From a bacterium (GTDB lineage Bacteria; UBA10199; 2-02-FULL-44-16; JAAZCA01): 64,000 nucleotides of DNA. The notes under the pieces were generated by a model. It did no database searches, was not told the origin of the DNA, and saw nothing but the letters and a program-made list of their open reading frames with translations. A program made the translations under genes and the position numbers. The stretch's first letter is position 1. Each line of letters starts with the position of its first letter. Shown here in pieces: positions 28,327 to 38,820 of the stretch. The stretch lies in assembly GCA_963674695.2 (NCBI GenBank), contig CAXXGI010000001.1, positions 704,001 through 768,000 of the forward strand, written 5' to 3'.

Positions 28327-29499
28327 TTAGGCACGATTAAAACGTTTTATAAATGTATATGAATTTGCGAAAATACGTTTTTCGTTTGTGCTTTCGAAAA
28401 AGTTTTTATTGCCTTCATATGCAAAGAAGTGAACTTTCTTAACGGAGCTAGGCATCTCATTTTCCAGAATGTTCCAAATGATTGTAGCATCACTTCGATT
28501 GGTTACAGTATTGTCTAAAAAAATAAATATTTTCTTTGCACCATTAACATTCAGCAGGAATTGCCTAAAATCTTGTATATAATCTGCTATTTTCCCAATC
28601 GTTATTGACCTTGGTAAGGTTTTACCAACTTTGTCTATCTTTCCGGGAAATGTTACAATAACTCTGTTCAGTTCGTTTTCATGCTGATATGAAAGGTGAA
28701 ACTTTGCAAGACATGATTCAATAAAATCCCCCATTTCCTCCTGCCCACCTCTGCCCACAGCCTCCTCAAGGAGCTGATATGGGTTATACTCGCTACCATT
28801 ATACGTTAAGACTACTTCCGTTTCGTTAATAATAATATCAAGTTCATTCGTCTTCGAGTAAAGAGTGGCGTTTTTTGCAATTTCAATTAGAATTCTTCTA
28901 ATAGATGAAGCGTCTTCTTCTCCAAAATTATTCGCAATAGTTGATGAATCCACCGCATCCGCAATGACTCTATTTACATTTTTTTCTGCAGATAGAGTCT
29001 TAACTATTTCAGAGTGCGAAAATTCATAATTTTTGATTTTCTCAGGAGGAATAACAAAATCAGAGAAGTATCTACAGATTATATCTTTGAATTTCAATAA
29101 ATGTTCGCAAAAATCATTCCAGGCAAATACATTAACAGAAAACTTGCCTGATTTTTGATTAAGTTCTGATAATTCCGCAGCATACTGTTGGATGTTGATG
29201 TTTCTTTGACATGTTGTCGCTATGACCAGGTGGTTTATTGACGGTGTGAATTTCAAAGCGTCAGCAACTATTTCTTTAACAGCTTTTTTCTTTAATTCAC
29301 CCTTGTAATAAGAATATTTCTTGCACTGAACTCCTTCATGATAATTATCTATGCTCAATAGCACATCTACTCCATCTTGGCGTTGTCCTAGACGTCCAAC
29401 TAACTGAGCATCTTTCGCATTACGATATCTTTTAAAGAAATCACGGCAAAACTCTTCAAATATAATTGGTTCGCCTAGCGGAGCAAATAGATATTTCAT
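28327..29499 (-). CDS. Mrr-like PD-(D/E)XK endonuclease fused to a GHKL-like domain
   Basis: FEEFC...GQRQDGVDV...GVQCKKY; later IEIAKNA, YNG..YNP, GRGG. Confidence 0.7.
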   Translation of the reverse strand: MKYLFAPLGEPIIFEEFCRDFFKRYRNAKDAQLVGRLGQRQDGVDVLLSIDNYHEGVQCKKYSYYKGELKKKAVKEIVADALKFTPSINHLVIATTCQRNINIQQYAAELSELNQKSGKFSVNVFAWNDFCEHLLKFKDIICRYFSDFVIPPEKIKNYEFSHSEIVKTLSAEKNVNRVIADAVDSSTIANNFGEEDASSIRRILIEIAKNATLYSKTNELDIIINETEVVLTYNGSEYNPYQLLEEAVGRGGQEEMGDFIESCLAKFHLSYQHENELNRVIVTFPGKIDKVGKTLPRSITIGKIADYIQDFRQFLLNVNGAKKIFIFLDNTVTNRSDATIIWNILENEMPSSVKKVHFFAYEGNKNFFESTNEKRIFANSYTFIKRFNRA

Positions 29500-29752
29500 A
29501 ATTTATCATCTCCATAATCCATTAGTATTTACCTTGACTCTTTACACGTTGAACAAACATTTTCTACTACACCTTCCATATTCTAAGTAACCGCTCCTTA
29601 TCAAATGTATCTCGATTGCGATTTTCTCGAACGTAGCGCGTCTCAATATATCCTACAATAATCAGCATCACTGATTTCACTGCCTTCGATTTTTAAGTGC
29701 CACTGCTTCATCTTATCTATGAGGTCTTGGCTGTATTTCATATCGGTGATTC

Positions 29753-31558
29753 TTACTCCTGTTTTGTCTCAAGTCGAAGGATTGAACAAAGTAAGACGCA
29801 ATAAATAATTTGGGCTGATAACTGCTCATTGAAACAATCTGATGTCAACAAACCATGAGCCACATTGTTTCTGATGTTCAATCCCCTTTTGTCTACCAAA
29901 AGACATTGGAGATATAAGCGAAGGTCATTTGGAACTGTCGCTACAAATATCTCATCAGCCAGCAATTCATAAAGAGTACGCACTTGAGTTGTTCTGTCAT
30001 GTCTTTTGTATTTTGTAGATACTACTTTGACTGCAATTGCGATGTTTCTTATTATTCTTTCACATTGAAGAGTTAAAATATGAACGGACGCAATATAGTC
30101 TCCATTATAATGTGCTAATATGCCTTGTCTCAAAATATCAATTTCAGTTTCCTTGATGAATGGTGAGTTCCCGATAAATTCAAGAATATCGTCTTCAGAC
30201 ACAACAGCACGTTTTTTTATTTCATCAAGAACGAGGGCTATAAATCCACTGTATGTTGAGAGGTCACGGGCCAGATGCTGAATTATGTGACCGGTTTCAT
30301 CCTTTTCAATGCTACCTATTCTTGCTTCAACGTTGCCGTTTCTAATTAAAGTTGTGTCCAAAAGAGAGAGTAAAACACAATCTTTCTTAATATAATCGCA
30401 ATTTCTCTTGGCATTTTCCGTATTTGGCATAAATTCCGTTATCAGTTTTGTCAGAGCCTCTTTAGCCGAACCTTTACAGACTTCATTTACCATCTGGCTA
30501 ATATCCTTTTGAGGTATTTTGACTTCAACAGATATTTCCTTCATCTCGCTTTTTGCGTTTTTACCTCTATTCTTCATTTTACGAAGAACCCTTTTTTTGT
30601 CTTCAATCATTCTATATTGGTCATAGTTATTAAGAACTCTTTCCAACCATCCGATAGCAAGAAGAGAACTTGCACTTTTTGAAACCATTTCAAAATATAT
30701 TCCAGATTTTTGGATTACCCTTTTCACATCAACAGTCGAGCCGCTTTTAGTATAGTATTTTGCCAAACGTTCTGCTGATGCTTCAGCAACAAACGGGTCG
30801 GGATATTTACCACCTGACATCTCACTATATTCCCCTAGTATCTTCTCTAGTTCAGATATAATTTTATTGCTTTCCTCTTTTGATAAATCCACCTTTGGAT
30901 TGTCCATCAAATCATCATAAAGGAAAGCCCATAGCCCAATCTTATCGAAATCCGCTATTTTATCGTAAAGGGAAAACATTACATCTTTACATCGAGAGCG
31001 CAGAGAACCATCATTTATGGAAAGTGATAGGTCTAGCGCTCTTTCACAGTAGTGAATGGCGTAGAGACTTTCCTTATACAGTTCGTTCTCAACAGACTTG
31101 AGGTATGCGTCGATTGCTCTTCGAGCAAATATAATATCCGGCTTATTCCCTGTTGCCAGTTCGGACAACTCCCAAATCAAATCCGAATATCGGGCTTTCA
31201 TTATTGGGTGTTGAATTTCTTCGGAGCGTTTCATCCAGTGTTCAATCTCAGCAGCATCAACACTTTTAATATCTGGTATTCTTACCTGATTACCATCTCC
31301 ATCAACCAAACTTGCCATAGGTCGGAAATATGTATCGTCTTCATCTTTATCATCATCCGAATAGCTGAATGTAAAAGCCGTAACGTCGTATCTAACAGAT
31401 GAAGGAACCTCTCCCGTTTTCCCTGCCCTATCGTCCCACCATTTTCGCAAATGGTTTTTTATGGTTAGTGCAAATGCCTTCTGTAAATTCTTGCTATATT
31501 CAGGAACCATCTCAGAAAACTCTTTTTCCAACTGTTTGTTATTGTGTGTGTCGGTCAT
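29753..31558 (-). CDS. DUF4209-like protein with HEPN-type Rx4H motif
   Basis: ARYSDLIWE; SVHIL..Q.E..IR; GLNIRNNVAHG. Confidence 0.75.
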   Translation of the reverse strand: MTDTHNNKQLEKEFSEMVPEYSKNLQKAFALTIKNHLRKWWDDRAGKTGEVPSSVRYDVTAFTFSYSDDDKDEDDTYFRPMASLVDGDGNQVRIPDIKSVDAAEIEHWMKRSEEIQHPIMKARYSDLIWELSELATGNKPDIIFARRAIDAYLKSVENELYKESLYAIHYCERALDLSLSINDGSLRSRCKDVMFSLYDKIADFDKIGLWAFLYDDLMDNPKVDLSKEESNKIISELEKILGEYSEMSGGKYPDPFVAEASAERLAKYYTKSGSTVDVKRVIQKSGIYFEMVSKSASSLLAIGWLERVLNNYDQYRMIEDKKRVLRKMKNRGKNAKSEMKEISVEVKIPQKDISQMVNEVCKGSAKEALTKLITEFMPNTENAKRNCDYIKKDCVLLSLLDTTLIRNGNVEARIGSIEKDETGHIIQHLARDLSTYSGFIALVLDEIKKRAVVSEDDILEFIGNSPFIKETEIDILRQGILAHYNGDYIASVHILTLQCERIIRNIAIAVKVVSTKYKRHDRTTQVRTLYELLADEIFVATVPNDLRLYLQCLLVDKRGLNIRNNVAHGLLTSDCFNEQLSAQIIYCVLLCSILRLETKQE

Positions 31559-31646
31559 TTTTGTTTCCTTGAATAATGTCTTTTGTATCCTTGACTTATC
31601 AGCCACAACGCTATATTTTGCAAGTCAATTTATGGAGGGTATGCCT

Positions 31647-31850
31647 ATGGAACTCGTCAAACAATTGGAGGACTTTCGACTGGAGCAAAGGCTATCACAA
31701 GAGGAGCTGGCAAAGCGGCTTAATGTGGCTTTCAGTACTGTGAATCGTTGGTTCAATGGCCGGTCGCAGCCAAACAAGATTCAGAGTTATCATATAAAGA
31801 AACTTTTAAATTCCTTATCTTCGATTGAAAGGAACAAACCAAAATGGTGA
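31647..31850 (+). CDS. XRE-family HTH regulator
   Basis: LSQEELAKRLNVAFSTVNRWFNG. Confidence 0.85.
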   Translation: MELVKQLEDFRLEQRLSQEELAKRLNVAFSTVNRWFNGRSQPNKIQSYHIKKLLNSLSSIERNKPKW

Positions 31851-32572
31851 CCAAACCAAAAAATCCTACACATCTTGCAGAGATGTCAGATGAAGAATTT
31901 GACGAGGTTGTAACAAATTCTTATAATATGAGCGAGACTCGCAAACAATGGATAGAAGAGGAGAAGGAAAGACGAAAACATAGAGATGAAAAGGAGAGAT
32001 GGAAAATATCTGACCAGATTGCAAAGAGAGCCGACAAAAGGGCGGATAAAGCTTTACGAGTTTCCGTTGTTACACTAATTCTTTTTTTTATTTCAGTTAT
32101 TGTGTCGGCCATTGTTGGTATTAGCCAGTGCACAATTCAAGAGCGTCAGCCTAAAGAAACGGTCCAACAACAGCAAATCCTTGAAAGAGAAAAGGTAATA
32201 AGGCAACTCATTCCCGACATTATGAGCATTTCAGAATGTTTGTGCGATATGAGACGGGGTATAGAAATAGCTAGTTGGCCGTGCTTGTCTTTAATGAGTA
32301 AACAAGACATTGCTGAAACAGTAGCTAATTTACGTGATAGAAACTATTCATTGGAAGTTAATGGATATTATCAGCAGTTGGCAAATATAAATTCTCAATA
32401 TATTGCAAAGCCAAATAATCCAAAAGATATTTTAACAGATATCCATAATATGTCTTGTGATATATTGGAAAAATTGTGGAAAACAGAACCCGTTCAACTG
32501 GCAATGACAACGGTTAATCCTGAAGAGCGATTTCAAAATATAATCCAGTGTCGAAATGAGCTGTTGAAATAG
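31844..32572 (+). CDS. Hypothetical single-TM protein
   Basis: 242 aa, one hydrophobic helix; overlaps HTH gene end. Confidence 0.65.
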   Translation: MVTKPKNPTHLAEMSDEEFDEVVTNSYNMSETRKQWIEEEKERRKHRDEKERWKISDQIAKRADKRADKALRVSVVTLILFFISVIVSAIVGISQCTIQERQPKETVQQQQILEREKVIRQLIPDIMSISECLCDMRRGIEIASWPCLSLMSKQDIAETVANLRDRNYSLEVNGYYQQLANINSQYIAKPNNPKDILTDIHNMSCDILEKLWKTEPVQLAMTTVNPEERFQNIIQCRNELLK

Positions 32573-32597
32573 AGGTTATCTAGCAGCTTAAGTAGTA

Positions 32598-32810
32598 TTA
32601 AATCAACCTTTTGTGTTTTCTTCGAGATAGCCTTGCCAAATTCAGAAAGCAGTTCATTGATTTTTTTTCAACTTCAGGGGATTTCTGGAGACCAATTTTT
32701 TGTTTCCATTTCCGAAGCAGTTCTATCGACTCCCATGCGGATTCTGAATTGGGTTGTTGGCGAAGGGTTCTTTTAACTTTTTTGATTTCTCCGATAGCCA
32801 AATTTACCAT
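32598..32810 (-). CDS. Small hypothetical protein
   Basis: GGAGG RBS; 70 aa. Confidence 0.45.
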   Translation of the reverse strand: MVNLAIGEIKKVKRTLRQQPNSESAWESIELLRKWKQKIGLQKSPEVEKKSMNCFLNLARLSRRKHKRLI

Positions 32811-32874
32811 TCTCTACCTCCATGGCTTGCTCTTCCATAAATTGCCCAACGGCAAGACGAATTAGAGCATATCA

Positions 32875-33420
32875 CTATGAGTCAGCACTTAAAGGAATCT
32901 CAATTGTGTAAACGAACGATTCTTTATGATGTCGGATTCTACTTTTGCTTATATTTGAAACAAATTGAAGCACTAGCTTCTGATTTGTTTGTTCATCTCG
33001 ACCATGCAGACCGAGCTTGTTTTGGAATGATGTTTCCAGATGCAGTTTTAACAAATAGAGGTCGTGAGGACCAATAGTAGCCTTCCATCGTAAGTTTGTA
33101 TTATCTTCAGCATTCATTAATCGAAAATCCCTATTTGATTCCGATATGAATCGCATGTGGTCCCACTCCCATCTTTGTTTTTCTTTTCCGTTTATGAACC
33201 ACGTTAGTACAAAATTATGAATGGTGGCGGAAGAATTATTTGGATTCTGAATCTTGATTGCATTTCCTGCATTGAGTCTCGCAATACTTGTTGGATAATC
33301 AATTTTCAATGGCTTGACCGAAAGCCGCTCTTTTAATAGAGGTGCAAAAAAACCGCCCGCAGCACCAGAAGCAAGTGCCCCTAAAAACACTGTTAATAAT
33401 TCCACTTGAATCGCCTCCAA
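32875..33420 (-). CDS. Hypothetical protein with N-terminal TM
   Basis: 181-aa ORF. Confidence 0.6.
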   Translation of the reverse strand: MEAIQVELLTVFLGALASGAAGGFFAPLLKERLSVKPLKIDYPTSIARLNAGNAIKIQNPNNSSATIHNFVLTWFINGKEKQRWEWDHMRFISESNRDFRLMNAEDNTNLRWKATIGPHDLYLLKLHLETSFQNKLGLHGRDEQTNQKLVLQFVSNISKSRIRHHKESFVYTIEIPLSADS

Positions 33421-33474
33421 GGTTCTAGGATGCTTTACCTTTTTAATGTTTATGAGAAGTTATCTAAACCTAGG

Positions 33475-33678
33475 TTACGATGTCAGCTTATGCAACGGTA
33501 TCCCTAGAGTCTCAGCCAATTTTTCAAGAGTTCTGATAGTCGGTGATTTCTTGCCGCTCTCTATCTCCGATAAATATCCTTTAGAAATATCCGCCTCATA
33601 GGCCAGACGTTCCTGTGTATATCCCTTTTCTTGGCGAATTTTAACAATGTTTCTGCGGACTTTGGTTGTAGCATCCAT
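33475..33678 (-). CDS. XRE-family HTH regulator
   Basis: YTQERLAYEADISKGYLSEIESGKKSPT. Confidence 0.88.
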   Translation of the reverse strand: MDATTKVRRNIVKIRQEKGYTQERLAYEADISKGYLSEIESGKKSPTIRTLEKLAETLGIPLHKLTS

Positions 33679-33699
33679 AATTGGATATTACAATATCAA

Positions 33700-33733
33700 T
33701 GTTCTCTATAGCAGTAGTTCTCTATGGAGAACA
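33700..33733. promoter_or_regulatory. Putative HTH operator in divergent intergenic
   Basis: GTTCTCTAT repeated; palindrome GTTCTC-TATG-GAGAAC. Confidence 0.5.
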
Positions 33734-33769
33734 TTTTAGGGATATGTTATAATCATCCTTTGGTGGGTT

Positions 33770-34024
33770 ATGAGAAAGGTTTATATTATAAGGGAAACCA
33801 AGAAGGTTAGTGACATCCTCGATAACACATATAACGAGGTGCTCGCAGCTTTACGGTATCGGAATCCCAAGGCGCAACGTTTAACCGACGATGATGAAAT
33901 GTCACAATTGCATGACATGCTAGCTTTGCTCCGGCTGGGTCATATCAAGGTTAGTTATGCAGAGGATGATGACGGTCGATTCATGTTCTTTGAAATAAAA
34001 ATGGATGCACCTACTTCTTCCTGA
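33770..34024 (+). CDS. Small hypothetical protein
   Basis: 84-aa ORF divergent from HTH. Confidence 0.55.
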   Translation: MRKVYIIRETKKVSDILDNTYNEVLAALRYRNPKAQRLTDDDEMSQLHDMLALLRLGHIKVSYAEDDDGRFMFFEIKMDAPTSS

Positions 34025-34241
34025 TGGGTTGGAAGAACGCTAAGGGATGGACTTTGAGGACATCACTAATCCTAGATAATGTGCGAAGAGTTAGATTTGC
34101 TTTCTTGGATTCCACACGCTGATAAAATTTGTAATTAAATCCAGCTTTATCAGATAATTGCTCTTGAGTTAGCCCAGCACGTTCACGACACCTCTTGATA
34201 TTCTTTCCTACTAAACTTGTGAACTGTTCATAATTCATCAA
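34011..34241 (-). CDS. XRE-family HTH regulator
   Basis: GLTQEQLSDKAG...YQRVES..ANLTL. Confidence 0.85.
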   Translation of the reverse strand: MMNYEQFTSLVGKNIKRCRERAGLTQEQLSDKAGFNYKFYQRVESKKANLTLRTLSRISDVLKVHPLAFFQPIRKK

Positions 34242-34384
34242 TGATAATATACACTTATAAGTAGGTGCTAACCACCTACGTGTAGGTAGGTGCTCGACCT
34301 AGACGGACAGCTTGAAAAGTAGTATCATATTAGGAAGATAGGGCTTTATAAATCCTATTTAATCACTAGGGGGAGGTGTTTGTC

Positions 34385-36343
34385 ATGGCGAGAAGACTTT
34401 TGTGGGTGATTCCAATGTTGTTGCTTTGCTTTACGTATATGGGATGCGGAAGTTCTGGAACCGAGGATGGCAGCGGTGGTGATAATGACGGAGAGGTTAC
34501 TGAGCTTGATGAAGGCGGTAGCGGCGAATCCGGCACGGTTGGCACTTCTGGATATGTGATTCCCACAATGCCTTCGGGCACTGCGATAAAGAGCCTCGTG
34601 ACGGCGGCAAATTCTAATGGCGTGAGGGCGAGCATATCCTTTGGCTCGGTTACACTGCCGGAGGCGTTAGTCGAGGCCACAAGTTCAGTTAGCAGTACGG
34701 AAGTCCAAGAACCGGATGTGTCATATTCAGTAAGTGACCTTCCCTATTATCTTGAGTTCGATGCGGATTCCAGAACCATATCACGGGTGGCGGATTATTC
34801 GGCAACGCCACAGGGCGAGGCCAGAAGAAACATCGACATAACCTATCGTTGCGACAATGGTGACGAGTACAGCTACGTTGAAGTTAGGCTCAACGATATA
34901 GACAATGACCTGATGAACGATTCCGACGAGTATGAGCGCAGTGCTGTGCCTTTGATGAACCGCTCTTTTGGGTGGATATGGCTGAGTGCAGAAAATGCCG
35001 CTATCTACCGCCTATCCGCCACGGACACTGCAACCATTGCAACCGGTTTATTGTCTATCCCAATCACCACCGGCTTTAATCTGGCCGATTCCGGCGATGC
35101 TCTATCTGACTTCGACAGTGATGGTGTTACTAACCAAGATGAATTAACAACAGGCAAAAATCCTTTTGTTTATACCGGAAGCGGAATTTTCGAAGCACAA
35201 TCCAACTACAGTGCAGATTCAAACATCTGGTTCGGAATGTCGGCGGCGGATTTCGATGGAGACGGCGACGGTGATATTGTTGCCGTATCTCACGGCGAAA
35301 ACAATGTCTATTACTACGAGGGCAATGGAGACGGGACATTCAAAAACTCGATTTCCTACACGACAGGGACAAGCCCCCAGGTTGTTGCCGTGGCAGACTT
35401 CGATAATGATGGTTACGAAGACATGGCGGTGACAAGTTTCCATGACGAAGAGGTCAACGTATTCATAAATGACGGAGACGGAACGTTCGCAGACAAAGCC
35501 GATTACAACTGTGGCGAAGATGATAGTCAGGCAAGGTCCGTAACTGCCGCTGATTTCAACGGCGATAAATATCCAGACCTTGTGGTTACACACTCGAACG
35601 CCTGTTACTTATCAGTTCTCCTGAATGACGGCGATGGAACATTCGGAGCAAGGTCTGATTACACGACCTGCACAAGTCATTCGGGTAATGCGCTGGAAGG
35701 TGTGATTGCCCTGGATGTTGATGGTGACTTGGACCTCGACATAGCAGTTATCTCGGCCACAGTTAAAATCCTCAAGAATGATGGGAGCGGTGTTTTTGGA
35801 GAAGCTGCGACTTACGGCGGCGGAGGCTTTGGCCTGGTTGCTTACGATGCAGATGACGACGGCGACCTGGACATAGTTTATTCGGGTTCGGGCACAAGTC
35901 TTGGCATACTCTTCAACGACGGCACTGGCGTTTATGGTATGCCGACGCATGAGGTCTATCTTGTTGATGAAGATGGCAATGACGTGCTCGACGACAACGG
36001 CGACCCGATAACCGTTGAGGCGAATATCACTTACACGGTCCCATCGTCGCCGAGGGGCAAGGTCATAGCCATGGATGCCAACGGAGATGGTTTCATCGAC
36101 ATAGCAACGGCGAACTATGAATCAAATAGCGTTTCGATATTGTTCGGCCAAGTGGCTTCAAATGGGGATATTCTGGGCAATCTTACAAGCTATAGTCTTA
36201 CGTCAGATGCATGGAATTATCATCCGGCTTGCCTAGTGGCGTTTGATGCTGACGGGGATGGCGATATAGATTTGGCAACTGGCAGCGATGAAACAAGTGA
36301 GGGTTCGGGTGCGCTCACGGTATTGCTCAACCAAAGTCACTGA
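34385..36343 (+). CDS. FG-GAP/VCBS repeat lipoprotein (adhesin-like beta-propeller)
   Basis: Lipobox YMGC; about 7 DxDGDGxxD repeats. Confidence 0.88.
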   Translation: MARRLLWVIPMLLLCFTYMGCGSSGTEDGSGGDNDGEVTELDEGGSGESGTVGTSGYVIPTMPSGTAIKSLVTAANSNGVRASISFGSVTLPEALVEATSSVSSTEVQEPDVSYSVSDLPYYLEFDADSRTISRVADYSATPQGEARRNIDITYRCDNGDEYSYVEVRLNDIDNDLMNDSDEYERSAVPLMNRSFGWIWLSAENAAIYRLSATDTATIATGLLSIPITTGFNLADSGDALSDFDSDGVTNQDELTTGKNPFVYTGSGIFEAQSNYSADSNIWFGMSAADFDGDGDGDIVAVSHGENNVYYYEGNGDGTFKNSISYTTGTSPQVVAVADFDNDGYEDMAVTSFHDEEVNVFINDGDGTFADKADYNCGEDDSQARSVTAADFNGDKYPDLVVTHSNACYLSVLLNDGDGTFGARSDYTTCTSHSGNALEGVIALDVDGDLDLDIAVISATVKILKNDGSGVFGEAATYGGGGFGLVAYDADDDGDLDIVYSGSGTSLGILFNDGTGVYGMPTHEVYLVDEDGNDVLDDNGDPITVEANITYTVPSSPRGKVIAMDANGDGFIDIATANYESNSVSILFGQVASNGDILGNLTSYSLTSDAWNYHPACLVAFDADGDGDIDLATGSDETSEGSGALTVLLNQSH

Positions 36344-36357
36344 ATGAGGGGGACACA

Positions 36358-36711
36358 ATGAAAAAAGGTCATAGGAGAAAATTATTATTCATTTTGTCGT
36401 ACATTGTAATTGGGTTCTTTGCTTTTGGTATTACAGAAGTCAAAGCGCAATCCGCAATAGACATGATGGCAACTCTTTTTCAAGGGAACTATTCAACATC
36501 TCAAATAAAATCGAGGATGGACTCAGTGATGACACGTTATGGGCTTGCCTTGACGGAAGAAAATTACAACCGGGCCGGTAGTGCACTTGTCAGCATGCAG
36601 GATAGATATGGTGTCGCCGAAATGGATATTCTCAGTTGCATGAAAACTATTCGCAAGTCGGGAATGACATTTCCTACAGCCGCAGCGGTTTGCACTCAGA
36701 AGTTAGAATAA
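36358..36711 (+). CDS. Exported hypothetical protein
   Basis: Signal peptide ending VKA; GAGGGGG RBS. Confidence 0.7.
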   Translation: MKKGHRRKLLFILSYIVIGFFAFGITEVKAQSAIDMMATLFQGNYSTSQIKSRMDSVMTRYGLALTEENYNRAGSALVSMQDRYGVAEMDILSCMKTIRKSGMTFPTAAAVCTQKLE

Positions 36712-36767
36712 ATGATAGCCATAAGTTCAAGTGAGGTAATATTTGACTAACTGCATAGGGGAAGGGG

Positions 36768-37355
36768 ATGAAAAAATGCCCTTATTGTGCCGAGGAAATA
36801 CAAGATGAGGCAATAAAGTGTCGGTATTGCGGTGAGATGATTAAAAAAGAGCCGGTGGTGATACCAGTTTCACCAACAACCAAATACAAACTATCAAGAC
36901 CGGGGGAAAAGAAAACTTACGAGGCCGACCTTGATACGTTGCGCAAGTGGGATGAAGAAAATAGAATAATGTCGAGTGATAAAATATTCGACCCCGTTTC
37001 CAATCATTGGGTCGTAGCAAGCGACTTTGTGAAATCAGCGGTATTGCTTCAACAAAAGGTGGGGGATAAATACAGATTGACGCTAAAAAAGACTAAAGGA
37101 GGGTTCATTGGTTTTGTACTGATAGTAATCGGTATAATTGGTTTGATAGTAGCCACAGGCATGGCCTTTACTGTCATCGGAATCCCTATAGCCATAATAG
37201 TGGGATTAGGGGCATTAACTATCATGGCGGGCGGCACAGGCGGCAGGTTGTTTAAATGTCCCTATTGCAGTAAGAGAATTTACGCTGCCAATGGTAAGGA
37301 GAATGTAACCTGTCCCAAGTGCAAAAATTTAACCATTATTGATTGGGTAGCCTAA
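36768..37355 (+). CDS. Zinc-ribbon / GYF_2-like membrane protein
   Basis: [23 protein letters not shown]; two TM helices; second CPYC...CPKC. Confidence 0.8.
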   Translation: MKKCPYCAEEIQDEAIKCRYCGEMIKKEPVVIPVSPTTKYKLSRPGEKKTYEADLDTLRKWDEENRIMSSDKIFDPVSNHWVVASDFVKSAVLLQQKVGDKYRLTLKKTKGGFIGFVLIVIGIIGLIVATGMAFTVIGIPIAIIVGLGALTIMAGGTGGRLFKCPYCSKRIYAANGKENVTCPKCKNLTIIDWVA

Positions 37356-37370
37356 TAAGAGGAGGGTAGT

Positions 37371-38279
37371 ATGAATGAAACACCACCGCAAGCACCGGAA
37401 CAAAAAGATAATACAAAAAAACGAAATATCAGTCTTATACTTAGTTGGATGTTTGGGTCTATTTTTCTGCTCGCTGGCATAGGTTCACTTGCTTCTCATG
37501 ATTTCTTACAGGCTATAATAACCCTTATACTGTCTGGTATCTTGCTGCCACCTCTATGCAACTTTATAGAGAAGAAATCGAAGTTACGGCTTTCCCGTGG
37601 AGTTAAGGCAATAATATTGATTATCGGTTTAGGAATTGTTGCGGTTACTGTTAATACTGAAGAAGGCAAAGAAAAGGCAAAGCAAAAAGAACAAATAGTT
37701 ACAAAAGAAACAATTGATAAAAGTCCCATAAATGAAGCTTCTCAACCTCCCAGTGAAGGTCAAGTGATAGTAGAATTTAATAAAGATACTGGTGAATCAA
37801 AAGTCGTGGCTAAGGCCCCTGTTGAATCGAAGGAACTCCAGAAACTTAGCTTTAGCCGCTCACAGATTGTTAATAAAATGAGTGCGGCAGAAAAAGAATT
37901 AGATAATCCCCCTCTGCCAAAAGGTAAAGAATACGCATCACAAGATGGAACTAAAAATTTTCAAATAGTATATCCAGATGACTTAACTATACTGGAGATA
38001 GCAGGAAACCCAGACAACGTAGAGAGTGTGTCCTTTTCTGTGGGTATTCCTGCCGACAATCCTGTGCAAGCTGTTACACAAGTAGGTAGAACAATGGTTT
38101 TACTCCAACTAATAACACCTTCTCTTGGAAAGTCAGCAGACTGGTTGCAAAGTAGAATTGATATGTTGAACGAAGGAAAGAAGAAAATTGAAGAGACACA
38201 TGACAATATTAGAGTTAGAATTTCAGATTACAGAGCTACGATAGGTTTTATAATATTTAGTTTTGAGGTGGCCAAATAA
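37371..38279 (+). CDS. Membrane protein, hypothetical
   Basis: Three N-terminal TM helices; GAGGAGG RBS. Confidence 0.75.
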   Translation: MNETPPQAPEQKDNTKKRNISLILSWMFGSIFLLAGIGSLASHDFLQAIITLILSGILLPPLCNFIEKKSKLRLSRGVKAIILIIGLGIVAVTVNTEEGKEKAKQKEQIVTKETIDKSPINEASQPPSEGQVIVEFNKDTGESKVVAKAPVESKELQKLSFSRSQIVNKMSAAEKELDNPPLPKGKEYASQDGTKNFQIVYPDDLTILEIAGNPDNVESVSFSVGIPADNPVQAVTQVGRTMVLLQLITPSLGKSADWLQSRIDMLNEGKKKIEETHDNIRVRISDYRATIGFIIFSFEVAK

Positions 38280-38280
38280 A

Positions 38281-38808
38281 ATGAGAGATAGGAATTTGAT
38301 AAAAGTTATTTCTTTGCTTGTTGTTTTTACGCTTCCATCCGTTCTATATGCCAAAGAACCTTGTAAAACAGTAAAAGTCTTTAAGGTGATTGATGGCGAC
38401 ACAATTAAAATTTCATGCAAATCCGGCGATAAATACGTTGTTCGCCTGATAGGAATAGATACACCTGAAACTCATCATCCAAAAAAGCCAGTCCAATGTT
38501 ATGGTAAAGAGGCTGCCGACTACCTTAAAAAACGCATAGATAATAAATATGTACGTCTGAAGTATGAATCTCAAAAAGTTGACAAATATGGTCGCACTTT
38601 AGCCTATGTATACAGCGGCTTGAATTTCATAAATGCGACTATGATTAGGAAAGGGTACGCTTTTGCCTATAAGCGATTTCGATTTAAGTACCTCCAGAAG
38701 TTTACTCGATATGAAAGCGCGGCGCAAAAAAAGAAGAGAGGGTTATGGGGTAAGTGTGAGGTTGTATGTGAGGGAAATGTTTGTCACACAAATCCCATAA
38801 CAAAATGA
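38281..38808 (+). CDS. Secreted thermonuclease (SNase family)
   Basis: VIDGDTI, VRLIGIDTPE, DKYGRTLAYV, GLWG. Confidence 0.92.
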   Translation: MRDRNLIKVISLLVVFTLPSVLYAKEPCKTVKVFKVIDGDTIKISCKSGDKYVVRLIGIDTPETHHPKKPVQCYGKEAADYLKKRIDNKYVRLKYESQKVDKYGRTLAYVYSGLNFINATMIRKGYAFAYKRFRFKYLQKFTRYESAAQKKKRGLWGKCEVVCEGNVCHTNPITK

Positions 38809-38820
38809 AAGGAGCGCGAT

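Noticed and set aside
29520-29742. Small ORF between cargo genes
   Set aside because: Stops after 32 codons; not supportable as a gene
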